A stretch of DNA of 64,000 nt from an uncultured Gammaproteobacteria bacterium (GTDB taxonomy: Bacteria > Pseudomonadota > Gammaproteobacteria > CAVZZX01). Shown here in pieces: positions 9,276 through 18,277 of this stretch (its first letter is position 1; every line of letters starts with the position of its first letter). Under the pieces are notes generated by a model. The model did no database searches and was not told the DNA's origin. It worked only from the letters and a program-made list of their open reading frames with translations. Position numbers and translations under genes: made by a program. The DNA lies in NCBI GenBank assembly GCA_963779865.1, contig CAVZZX010000003.1, positions 816,957 to 880,956 of the forward strand. The letters run 5' to 3'.

Positions 9276-10049
9276 CTACCACAATTTCCAGGGCGCCTTC
9301 CCGCTTGCCCACAGCTTCTCGAGGTAATTCTTGTCGCGCAGCGTGTCCATGGGCTGCCAGAAGCCGTGGTGCTTGTACGCCGCCAGGCGCCCGTCGCGGG
9401 CGAGCCGCTCCAGTGGCTCGGCCTCCCAGACGCTTTCATCCCCGTCGATGTATTCAAGCACCTCCGGCTCCAGGACAAAGAACCCTCCGTTCACCCATGC
9501 GCCGTCGCCTTCGGGCTTCTCGTGGAAGCTCTCGATGCGAGACTGATCCCCCCCCAGCCGAAAGGCCCCAAACCGGCCGGGCGGCTGGACGGCGGTGAGC
9601 GTCGCCCACACGTCCTGGCTGCGATGAAACTCCACCAGGGCCCCGACGTCGACATCGGCGACCCCGTCACCATAAGTGAAGCAGAATGTTTCACCGCCGA
9701 TATAATCGGCGACGCGCTTGAGCCGCCCGCCGGTCATGGTTTCCGGCCCCGTCTCGGCGAGCGTCACCCGCCACGGCTCGGCACCGTTCTGGTGAACTTC
9801 CATCTTGTTGTGCTTGATGTCGAAGGTGACATCCGAGCGATACAGAAGGTAATTGGAAAAGAACTCCTTGATCACGTGACCCTTGTAGCCACAGCACACG
9901 ACGAAATCGTTGATGCCGTGGGCGGAAAAGATCTTCATGATATGCCACAGGATCGGACGACCGCCGACCTCCACCATCGGCTTCGGCCGCACGCTGGTCT
10001 CTTCCGACAAGCGTGTCCCCAATCCACCCGCGAGCAAAACTGCCTTCAT
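9276..10049 (-). CDS. rfbF: Glucose-1-phosphate cytidylyltransferase
   Basis: LAGGLGTRLSEET, PKPMVE, TMTGGR, TYGDG, GFWQPMDTLRD, APWKLW. Confidence 0.93.
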   Translation of the reverse strand: MKAVLLAGGLGTRLSEETSVRPKPMVEVGGRPILWHIMKIFSAHGINDFVVCCGYKGHVIKEFFSNYLLYRSDVTFDIKHNKMEVHQNGAEPWRVTLAETGPETMTGGRLKRVADYIGGETFCFTYGDGVADVDVGALVEFHRSQDVWATLTAVQPPGRFGAFRLGGDQSRIESFHEKPEGDGAWVNGGFFVLEPEVLEYIDGDESVWEAEPLERLARDGRLAAYKHHGFWQPMDTLRDKNYLEKLWASGKAPWKLW

Positions 10050-10093
10050 TTGAATTCTCCGCGTCCTTACTTTCCACTCGTCCGATGAACGAT

Positions 10094-10978
10094 TCAGCTC
10101 TTTGAAATCTTGTCCAGGCTGACCGGCTTGAGCCCGCCCCCGTCGAGGTTTCCACCCTGCCCGAGCGGAGACAGGCTGCGGCGTTTATCGGCCACCACTT
10201 CCCTGATGAGATCGGCCCCGATGCGCCGCTGGCCGTCGGAGAACCCATACACCAGCGCCGTGTCGCAGATAAGATTGATAAGCCGCGGCAGTCCGCGCGC
10301 TGTCTCCCAGATTACCGACAGAGCCCCCTCATCAAAGATCCGCTCGCTGGCACCGGCGACCCGCAGGCGGTGGGCGATGTACTCGTCGGCCTCTTCTCTG
10401 GGCAGCGAATCGATATGAAAGTCCACTGCCACGCGCTGCGCGAACTGCTCGAGCTCCGGCGTGCGGAGCAACTCCCACAATCCGGGCTGACCGACCAGGA
10501 TCATCTGCAGAAGCTGGTCCTTGTCGACATTGACATTGGACAACATGCGCAACTGCTCGAGTGCCCGCTTGTCGAGCCCCTGCGCCTCGTCGACAATCAG
10601 CACCGGGCGTCGCCCTTCCTCCCGCTCCTGGATCAAAAACGCGGTGAAATTGTGGTACAACTCGACCTTCTCGCCGCCGCGATATTCACGGCCGAAGGCG
10701 AGCAGCACCCAACGCAGCATTTCATCGAACGATTCGCAGTGGGTATTGCTCACGATACCAATGGTGAACTGCTCGTCGATGTCCTGCAGCACGCGGCGTA
10801 CAAGCGTCGTCTTGCCTGCGCCGATCTCCCCGGTGAGCACGACGAACCCGGCCTGGTTGACCAGGCCGTATTCAATCAGCGTCAACGCCCGAGCATGCTG
10901 CCGGCTCAGGTACAGGTACTCCGGGTCGGGCGACAGGGAGAAGGGCTTTTCCCTCAGTCCGTAGAACGATTCGTACAT
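10094..10978 (-). CDS. ExeA-like AAA ATPase of EPS/exosortase-type loci
   Basis: MYESFYGLREKPFSLSPDP, GEIGAGKTT, IVDEAQ, LVGQP, GLPRLINLICD. Confidence 0.88.
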   Translation of the reverse strand: MYESFYGLREKPFSLSPDPEYLYLSRQHARALTLIEYGLVNQAGFVVLTGEIGAGKTTLVRRVLQDIDEQFTIGIVSNTHCESFDEMLRWVLLAFGREYRGGEKVELYHNFTAFLIQEREEGRRPVLIVDEAQGLDKRALEQLRMLSNVNVDKDQLLQMILVGQPGLWELLRTPELEQFAQRVAVDFHIDSLPREEADEYIAHRLRVAGASERIFDEGALSVIWETARGLPRLINLICDTALVYGFSDGQRRIGADLIREVVADKRRSLSPLGQGGNLDGGGLKPVSLDKISKS

Positions 10979-10998
10979 GAACGCACCCGGCATTCGCC

Positions 10999-11790
10999 TC
11001 AGTAGTAGTAATCGTAGGTGCTCATCGTCTCCTCGGACTTGTTGAGCACCGTTCCGAGGATTTCGGCCCCCTCGAGGAGATGCAAGGCAGTGCGCAGCTG
11101 CTCGGACTCCGTCTTGCCCTCCTCGATGACCAGCAGCATCGCATCGAGCATCGGCGCCATGCCCACCACATCGTCCCCCACCAGGACCGGCGGGAGATCG
11201 AAGATGATGATCCGATCCGGGTAACGGGCCTTGAGCTCCTTGATCAGTGACTCCATGCGGTCCGAACACAGGAACTCGGATGCCTGCCTCGAGCCGATCT
11301 TCCCCGGAAACAACACAAACCGCTCGACGCCCGGGTGAATCAAAATCTTCTCCACGGGCACGTCGCTGCTCAGATGGTCGACCAGCCCGTACTCGGGGGT
11401 GAGGCCGAAATAGTGGTGTGCCGCGGGTCGGCGCAGATCGGTGTCCACCAGCAGCACCGTATGCCGGCGCTCCAGGGCAATGCTCATGCCCAGGTTAATC
11501 GCCGTCAGGGATTTCCCTTCGCGTGCCCCGGCACTGGTGATGCCGATCGTGTTCCAGCCGTTCTGGGCCATCCGGCGCAGGACCCGTGTGCGAAGCAGGC
11601 GGTAGGCATCGACCAGGAATTCCTCGTGGAAGGCCGGCAGAAGACGGCTGCGTCGCAAGGTCTTGCGTGCCACGGGCACCGTCTGCGTCTGCGTGTACGA
11701 CACGTTCACCTCGCGGCCGCCCGAGGACCGGCTGCGCCCCGGACGGGTGTTGCTGCGCGCGATTTCCAGCGCCCTGCCTATTCTGTCCAT
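10999..11790 (-). CDS. BY-kinase (CpsD/CapB type), catalytic part of a split Wzc
   Basis: AYRLLRT, Walker A REGKS, LLVDTDLRRP, IIFDLPP, VLNK and C-terminal Tyr cluster TYDYYY. Confidence 0.9.
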   Translation of the reverse strand: MDRIGRALEIARSNTRPGRSRSSGGREVNVSYTQTQTVPVARKTLRRSRLLPAFHEEFLVDAYRLLRTRVLRRMAQNGWNTIGITSAGAREGKSLTAINLGMSIALERRHTVLLVDTDLRRPAAHHYFGLTPEYGLVDHLSSDVPVEKILIHPGVERFVLFPGKIGSRQASEFLCSDRMESLIKELKARYPDRIIIFDLPPVLVGDDVVGMAPMLDAMLLVIEEGKTESEQLRTALHLLEGAEILGTVLNKSEETMSTYDYYY

Positions 11791-11807
11791 ATCGCCTTCG
11801 GACTCCC

Positions 11808-13619
11808 TCACTGCTGTTTCCCTGCGGCCGATCCAGAGCTCGCCCCCGCTTCGGCGGACGCCGTGGCCGTCCCCTGACTGAACTCGCCCCAGATCTGATC
11901 CAGCGGCTTGTAGAAGGTATGCACCGCGCCGAGCGTCACCGCCAGCAGCAGCGTCACTCCGGCGACCGTCGCGCCGGCGGTCACCCGCCGGTGGCGAATG
12001 TCCCGGTCATTCTTGATGTAGGGAATCGAGGCCAGAGGCGGCGCACCGAACAGGTCCGCGACCCCGCGTACGCCACGCACCGTGCGGTCGAAATACTCGG
12101 CCAAGGCGGCGCCGCCAAGCCCGGCCCCCATGCCGAGCACACCGCCGAGCAATACGATCCCCAGCCGGTTGGGGCTCTCGGGCGCGTCGGCCTCGCGCGC
12201 GGGCCCAATGAGGGAGAAGCGCTCCCCCTTCTGCTGCACTTCGAGCTGCACGGCAGCCTGCGCCTTGAGGATCTTGTCTCGCACCTCGTTGTACTTGTCG
12301 ACCGCGTTCTTGTAGTTGCGGCTCAAGGCGAGATATTGCTTTTCAACGTCCGGCGTCTGACGGATCCGCTGCTGGAGCTCGTCGGCCTTCTGCTGCAGCT
12401 GCTTGAGCTCATCCTGGGCGGAACTCATGTTCACGTTCATGGCATCCATCTGGGTGCGCAGGCTGATGTAGGACGGGTTATCCGGCGGCTGCTTGAGCTG
12501 GCGGTTGTCCTGGCTGTGCGCCGGGAGCTGCTTGATCTTGTCCTGCAGCTCGCCGATGGATCGCTTCAGCTTCTTGACGTCAGGATAGTCGGCCGAGTAA
12601 TGCTGCCGCATCTCTGCCAGCTTCTGATTCATCGCATCGAGCTGCCGGTACAGCGCCGCGCCCTCCCCGTTGTCGCCCACCTCCGCCCTGAGCTGGTCGA
12701 TCTGCGTCTTCACCCGTTTCACATCCGGATAATTCTTGTTGTAGATCGCCGTGAGCCGCGCATACTCGGCTTCCAGCATATTGAGCCGCTCTTGCGGACT
12801 GAGCACGCGCTGCCCCTGATCGCCCACCATCGGGGCATACGGAGAGGTCGTCGCGAGCTGCGACTGCAGGAAGACTTTGCGCTCCTGCAGCGAACGGATC
12901 CGGTCCTCTACGTTCTGGATCTGGTCCTGCGTCTGCTGAAAGAGGCGCAGATTGAGATCACTCATGCTCGGCATGTCATTGACGTGCTTCTGCTTGAAGT
13001 TCGCCAGCTTCGTCTCCAGCTCCGATATCCGCCCCTGCAACCGGGAAGCCTCCTGTTGCAGGAACTGTGTCACCTGTTCGGTCTGCTGCGTGCGCGAACG
13101 TTTATCCTCTTCGAGGTACATGTTCGACAGCTCGCTGGTGACCGCTTTGGCATTGGCCGCATTCGGTCCGGCGAAACTCACCGTAAATGCCACGGTGGCC
13201 ACCGCATTGCGCCCGGTTCCGGGATTGCTGGCCTCGACATCGACCATCTCCACCGTGATGTTTTCGCGCATGCGTTGCACGACATCGTCGTCGCTCATGT
13301 CCGCGCGCTCATCGGCATAGAGGTTGTATTTCTGCGCGAGGCCCCACAGGCGCTGATGGGTCAGCAACCGTTGCTTCAACGCCTGGATCCGCTCCTGTAC
13401 GTAGCCGGTGACCGTCGTCTGGACGAGATCGTCGGGGATCTCCTGGCGCTCAATCAGGATGGTGGCGGTCGAGCGGTACACCGGGGGAAGCACCACCGCG
13501 AGCACCAGCGCGATCGTGAGCACGACCAAAAGCGGCGCGATGAACATCCACTTCCGGCGCCTGAGGATTGCCCAGTAGTCCCCCAGATCCATTCCATTAT
13601 CTTGTTGAATCGTTTGCAC
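11808..13619 (-). CDS. Polysaccharide co-polymerase / chain-length determinant (GumC/Wzc N-domain)
   Basis: N-terminal TM then PVYRSTATILIE, long coiled coils, YPDV repeats, GERFSLI..P, second TM segment. Confidence 0.88.
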   Translation of the reverse strand: MQTIQQDNGMDLGDYWAILRRRKWMFIAPLLVVLTIALVLAVVLPPVYRSTATILIERQEIPDDLVQTTVTGYVQERIQALKQRLLTHQRLWGLAQKYNLYADERADMSDDDVVQRMRENITVEMVDVEASNPGTGRNAVATVAFTVSFAGPNAANAKAVTSELSNMYLEEDKRSRTQQTEQVTQFLQQEASRLQGRISELETKLANFKQKHVNDMPSMSDLNLRLFQQTQDQIQNVEDRIRSLQERKVFLQSQLATTSPYAPMVGDQGQRVLSPQERLNMLEAEYARLTAIYNKNYPDVKRVKTQIDQLRAEVGDNGEGAALYRQLDAMNQKLAEMRQHYSADYPDVKKLKRSIGELQDKIKQLPAHSQDNRQLKQPPDNPSYISLRTQMDAMNVNMSSAQDELKQLQQKADELQQRIRQTPDVEKQYLALSRNYKNAVDKYNEVRDKILKAQAAVQLEVQQKGERFSLIGPAREADAPESPNRLGIVLLGGVLGMGAGLGGAALAEYFDRTVRGVRGVADLFGAPPLASIPYIKNDRDIRHRRVTAGATVAGVTLLLAVTLGAVHTFYKPLDQIWGEFSQGTATASAEAGASSGSAAGKQQ

Positions 13620-13647
13620 GAATGCGTCCTCTGGGCCGTTGGCCGCC

Positions 13648-14898
13648 CTATTGCCCGAACAGATCGCCGACCGCCGTGGGTCGCGTGTATTTCACCGACA
13701 CCAGCAGTGCGTTGCTCTCGCCGCTCTGCGGATCAATATCGCGTTTCTGGCGCCGATAGCGGTAGGCACCCTCCACGGTCCACCAGCGCGTGAGCTTCTT
13801 GTGCAGCCCCGCGTCAATCGTCAGATAGCGCCGATTCGCATCGGGATTGTCTCGGCGCAGGGATTTTGTCTCGTAGAGACGAGTACGAAGACTGAAGCTC
13901 ATCAACTGCGTGATCTTTCTATACATGTTGAACACGGCTTCGTCTGTCTGCACGACGTCGCCCGAGCCGCTCGGATAGAGTTCGTGCCCCATCCTGAGCC
14001 CGAACCGGGTGAGGCCGGTCAGTTTAGTACCCGTAAGACGCACGATGTAGCCGTCTTCAGAGCCGGACTGCGTCTCCGTGTTGATGTTCACGTGACTGAT
14101 ACCGGCCTCGATGCCGCCACGCATGAGCTCCGTAAATTTGTGCTCGTAGCCACCGAGGAGCGTATAGCTGTCGTAGACGCGGTCGACCATCGCCGCGTCG
14201 TAGCGGGAGGCCTCGAGGGAGAGACTGGCCGAGTCAAGCTCCGTCACGTTATAGGACGTGGTCCCCTTGACCCGATTGTCCGTATATTCGACCAGCCCGG
14301 TGCCCTCCGTCTGGTCGTAACCTACGCTGTAGTAACGGTATTGCGCACCGACACTCCACCGGGACGTAAGGTGCCGTGACCACTGGGGCTGAATAATGAG
14401 ACGGTTGCGCGTCACCGACTGGCGAACCAGGGCGGTGTCGACGGTGTCATCCGGCGTCACCGTCACGTCCTGCGGGTTCAGCACGACCTGTACCGTCTCC
14501 AAGAGGTCGTCGCGGCGGTATGAGAGCTCTCCGCCCCACCGGCTCAGCTCACCTTTGCGGAAGGCGCGCAGCCGTGCCAGCGCCTGCACCTTGTCGCGCA
14601 GGCCGCGGGTGCTTCCGCTGTATGTCGTGCCATCCAGGCGCACAAGTCCGCGCACCTCTTCTATCTCGGTGAGACGGCTGAGCTCCAAAGCCCCAGAGGC
14701 GCTCGTTGCGAACACCGACTGCTTCTCGCCGGGCAACAGGCGTGGGTTGTCGTCGTAACTCTCCTGTGCGCTCACGGCCGGCTGGATCTGCCAGGATTCG
14801 GCATGGGCCGATGTTGCCGCGCCAAGCAGGCACAGGCCGATCACCCCGGACCAACGGGCCACATGGCCGGCGCTCACCGTCCTCGGTGCCCCCGTCAT
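13648..14898 (-). CDS. Outer-membrane beta-barrel associated with polysaccharide export
   Basis: Signal peptide ending AHA, then YDDN motif and alternating amphipathic strands. Start codon uncertain. Confidence 0.7.
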   Translation of the reverse strand: MTGAPRTVSAGHVARWSGVIGLCLLGAATSAHAESWQIQPAVSAQESYDDNPRLLPGEKQSVFATSASGALELSRLTEIEEVRGLVRLDGTTYSGSTRGLRDKVQALARLRAFRKGELSRWGGELSYRRDDLLETVQVVLNPQDVTVTPDDTVDTALVRQSVTRNRLIIQPQWSRHLTSRWSVGAQYRYYSVGYDQTEGTGLVEYTDNRVKGTTSYNVTELDSASLSLEASRYDAAMVDRVYDSYTLLGGYEHKFTELMRGGIEAGISHVNINTETQSGSEDGYIVRLTGTKLTGLTRFGLRMGHELYPSGSGDVVQTDEAVFNMYRKITQLMSFSLRTRLYETKSLRRDNPDANRRYLTIDAGLHKKLTRWWTVEGAYRYRRQKRDIDPQSGESNALLVSVKYTRPTAVGDLFGQ

Positions 14899-15034
14899 CC
14901 CGAGCTCATGGTTCGAACGCCTCGGAATGCGGGCTGCAGGCTGATTTGCCACTCTCTTCTCCCCCACCGCACGCTTCGCAATTGGATCGGACGCCGCCTG
15001 CTTGTCCCAGGGGCGGCAGCCCTGTTGTCGTTTT

Positions 15035-15706
15035 CTATGGCACGACGACGGTGTCGCCACTCTTGAGCAGTATGTTCTGCTCAAGGTGCTCCCCGCGCTT
15101 TACCGCCGAATATCGGAACGGGTAGACCTTCTGATGGCCACCCTCGTTGCGAATGATCTTGATGTCCGATTCGGATGCATACGGGGTCAAGCCCCCGGCC
15201 AGCGTGAGCGCCTGCATCACATCGACATAGCGCCCCACGACGAACTGCCCGGGGTTGTTGACCTTGCCGAGCACGTAGATGCGATAACCCGACACCTCCA
15301 CCACGGACACGGTGACCACCGCGTCCGGAATGTAGTGGCGAATCTTGCGCGTGATTTCCTCCTGCACCTCCCTCGGCGACTTACCTGCGACATGGAGATC
15401 GCCGGCGAGCGGGAACGAAATGCCCCCGTCGGGACGCACCAGGACCTCCTTCTGGAGCCCCTCTTCACGCCAGACGGAGATCTCGAGCTTGTCCTCGGGC
15501 CCGATCTTGTACGAATCATCCTGCGCGATGGCACCGGCGGTGGCGCCGAAGCCGGCCAGGATGATCGCCGCGATCAGCACAAGCACCATCCGAAAAGCCC
15601 CACTTCCCCGTGCCCGCGAGTCGCGCTTCGTGACTGCGTCCTTAGGCAAATCCCCGTCTCCCCGCTGAGTGCGTCGCATTTTCATTCTCCAACTTCTCCC
15701 AAGCAC
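15035..15706 (-). CDS. wza: Short polysaccharide export protein (OPX/Wza family); true start probably further downstream
   Basis: YKIGPEDKLEISVW, VRPDGGISFPLAG, IYVLGKV, AGGLTPYA, LKSGDTVVVP. Confidence 0.88.
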   Translation of the reverse strand: MLGRSWRMKMRRTQRGDGDLPKDAVTKRDSRARGSGAFRMVLVLIAAIILAGFGATAGAIAQDDSYKIGPEDKLEISVWREEGLQKEVLVRPDGGISFPLAGDLHVAGKSPREVQEEITRKIRHYIPDAVVTVSVVEVSGYRIYVLGKVNNPGQFVVGRYVDVMQALTLAGGLTPYASESDIKIIRNEGGHQKVYPFRYSAVKRGEHLEQNILLKSGDTVVVP

Positions 15707-15752
15707 AATACTTCAGGAATTGTGCCGCCCGGCCCTGGAGGCACCCGATGCG

Positions 15753-16361
15753 CTAACGCCTGCCCTCCCCCGAGACGTTGCGTCGAGCAACGGCCACCAG
15801 ACCGATCAGGGCAACCAGCGCCGCGAGCACCGATCCGGGTAGGCGCTCGCTCGTGACGACCCGGTCGCCCCCTGCACTCCTTGTGCGCACTAGCTCAGCG
15901 TCCGTGCGCGGCTCTCGTGGTGCGAAATCGATGCCGGCCGTGGGCGGATCGCCCAGAAAGGCAAAACTCAGGTCCGAGAACACCGCTGCCTCATCCCGCC
16001 CGAACGGATCCGCCTCCCACGCCCCGTACAGCGCATAGCCACCCAGCTCGCGGTGCCCTGCTCCCGTCTCGCGCAGGGCGCGCATGCGCTCTTGATCCAG
16101 ATGCCGAGCGAACGACAGATCGGCAAAGGCTCGTGAGAAGGCGCGATCTTCGGAAACGTGCAGCATTCCCGGGTCGAAGAGCCTCACCTTGAAATTTGCG
16201 AATTCGACGCGCCCCCCGCCGGCACCTTGCCAGGACGTTTCACCCAGCGTGGGAACCGGCGCAGAGGAACTCTCCCGCGGCGTCCCCTCGGCCGCGTACG
16301 TTGGGGCTGCTGCGATTGCCACGAATACCGCGCACACCAAGTTGTAGGTTATTCTTTTCAT
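15753..16361 (-). CDS. Secreted protein with PEP-CTERM/VPLPA-like C-terminal anchor
   Basis: Signal peptide MKRITYNLVCAVFVAIAAAPTYA; C-terminus RLPGSVLAALVALIGLVAVARR (Pro motif, TM segment, Arg cluster). Confidence 0.6.
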   Translation of the reverse strand: MKRITYNLVCAVFVAIAAAPTYAAEGTPRESSSAPVPTLGETSWQGAGGGRVEFANFKVRLFDPGMLHVSEDRAFSRAFADLSFARHLDQERMRALRETGAGHRELGGYALYGAWEADPFGRDEAAVFSDLSFAFLGDPPTAGIDFAPREPRTDAELVRTRSAGGDRVVTSERLPGSVLAALVALIGLVAVARRNVSGEGRR

Positions 16362-16555
16362 CCACCGTATCCCTACGAGGTGTAGCACCAGCTCCTCCGA
16401 GAGCCTTCCCTGTGCGAACGACGTTCTCGACGTCCCAACGGTGCGGGAAAGGATGCATCAGCAAGTTCGGTCAGTTGCGTCGTTTACCTCGAAAGTTAAG
16501 ACCACGCTCCACACCTGCGCAAGGCAGGGGAACCGGCAGGAGGGCCGCCCCCAGG

Positions 16556-16603
16556 CTAGGGTTTACCCCTAGGTGGAACCCCGCGTTCGCGGGCGAACGC
16601 GGG
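16556..16603. promoter_or_regulatory. Two palindromes in the divergent intergenic region
   Basis: CTAGGG-TTTAC-CCCTAG (16556-16572) and perfect 11-bp inverted repeat CCCGCGTTCGC-GG-GCGAACGCGGG (16580-16603). Confidence 0.45.
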
Positions 16604-16604
16604 C

Positions 16605-16632
16605 TTGCCAACCACCTGTGAAAGGCCATACT
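16605..16632 (+). promoter_or_regulatory. Shared promoter-like motif, copy 1
   Basis: TTGCCA-N16-CATACT. Confidence 0.65.
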
Positions 16633-16703
16633 TAACTGGAATAATTCAAGTAAACAGCGAGTCCACCCTGCGCTCCGCAGCGGATGCGGGACGCCCGATC
16701 TCC

Positions 16704-18095
16704 ATGGAAAGGACAACGGCACCACTCGCCAGGAGTTCACTGGTACTGCTGTGCCTCTCGGCGCTGCTCTGCGCCTGCGGAGGCGGCAGCGGTGCGGCTA
16801 CGCCCCCCGCACCGCCCACCAGCGTCGATGGTGCTGATGACAGTTATGTGGCCACCTCCGGCGAAGCGCTAAGCGTCCCGGCGCCGGGAGTGCTGGCCAA
16901 CGACGCCGCCGCGAGCGGCACCCGCCTTCAGGCCATGCTGGTCTCCGGCCCCGCCGAGGGGAGTGTTCAGCTGAGGCAGGATGGCAGTTTCACCTATGTC
17001 GCCAGTCCTGCCGCGACTGGCACCGATCGCTTCGAGTATCGCGTCACGGGCGGTGCCAGCGGCGCCATCGCAGCGGTCATCCTGCACATCAACCACCGGC
17101 CCCTTGCGCCCGACCGCTGCACGGACATTCCCCGCGGGCAGTCGGGCGGACGGGCCATCGTGCTGCCCGGCCAGGATCAGGAAACCCCTGCCACCGCCCT
17201 CACCTATTCGGTCACCCAGCCGGCCCATGGCCACGTGGACACGAGCAACACCTCCACGGTCACCTACACGCCGGACGCCGACGCCCCTTGGGGCCGCGAC
17301 GCCTTCACCTATACGGTGACCGACGCGGACGGCGCCAGCGCCACCGGCCAGATCGACGTCGTGATCCGGCCGCGCATCATGCCGCTGGGCGATTCCATCA
17401 CCCAGGGCGAGTACGACCAATACGACCCGGGGGGCAATACGCCGGGCGCCAGCGCCGGCTATCGCAAGCCGCTCTGGGAGGCCCTCGCCAAGGCAGGCTA
17501 TCGCGTCGACTTCGTCGGGGGGCAGGCCAGCGGGCCGAGCGGTGGCTTCGACCGCGATCACCAGGGGATGGGAGGTATTCGAAGCCGGGCATATGCGGAT
17601 GCATACACCTGGGACGGCAGCGATCACCAGGGCGTCTCCGAGCATATCGGCGCGTGGCTTGCCAACACCCCCGCCGACATCATCCTGCTGCATATCGGCA
17701 CCAATGACTTCAACACCCACAAGACGGCCGACCAGATCTATTCGGGCACCGCTCAGATCCTCAGCAACATCCGCGACTGGGCCGCGAGCGAACCATCGGT
17801 TGGCACGGTCGAGCTCCTGCTCGGGCAAATCGTGGGCGGCAACCAAGCCGCCAACTTCACCAATGCCGAGGTCCGCCGGCTCGATTACGAGCTGCTTCCC
17901 CAGCTCGCCGGTGACCAGATCACGCTCGTGGATCAATACGGGGCCTTGGACCGGAACCATGATCAGGTGCCCGATCCGGGCCTGTACGCGAACACCCTCC
18001 ACCCGGATCAGGCCGGCTACAACGCGATGGCTGCCGCATGGGAGGCTGCGCTGGCAAAACTGCTGGACCGGCGCGGCGCGGGCTGTCCGCTCTGA
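16704..18095 (+). CDS. Lipoprotein 1: two Ig/cadherin-like domains plus SGNH hydrolase
   Basis: Lipobox LLCAC-GGG, GVLAND/GSFTY repeats, RIMPLGDSIT, LHIGTND, NTLHP. Confidence 0.85.
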   Translation: MERTTAPLARSSLVLLCLSALLCACGGGSGAATPPAPPTSVDGADDSYVATSGEALSVPAPGVLANDAAASGTRLQAMLVSGPAEGSVQLRQDGSFTYVASPAATGTDRFEYRVTGGASGAIAAVILHINHRPLAPDRCTDIPRGQSGGRAIVLPGQDQETPATALTYSVTQPAHGHVDTSNTSTVTYTPDADAPWGRDAFTYTVTDADGASATGQIDVVIRPRIMPLGDSITQGEYDQYDPGGNTPGASAGYRKPLWEALAKAGYRVDFVGGQASGPSGGFDRDHQGMGGIRSRAYADAYTWDGSDHQGVSEHIGAWLANTPADIILLHIGTNDFNTHKTADQIYSGTAQILSNIRDWAASEPSVGTVELLLGQIVGGNQAANFTNAEVRRLDYELLPQLAGDQITLVDQYGALDRNHDQVPDPGLYANTLHPDQAGYNAMAAAWEAALAKLLDRRGAGCPL

Positions 18096-18147
18096 GCGAG
18101 CGCGCTCGACGGATCAGAAAAACGCGGGGCGCCGTCATCGCAGCCCC

Positions 18148-18175
18148 TTGCGACCCAGCCTTGCGGATCCATACT
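18148..18175 (+). promoter_or_regulatory. Shared promoter-like motif, copy 2
   Basis: TTGCGA-N16-CATACT. Confidence 0.65.
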
Positions 18176-18277
18176 TGTCGTGTGGAATAGATGCGAGTGA
18201 TGCGCCGCCGGCGCATCTGCGCATGAGCGAGTGGTCGGCTGTGACCTCATCCCGGTTCTCAACAAAGAGTAAACACC

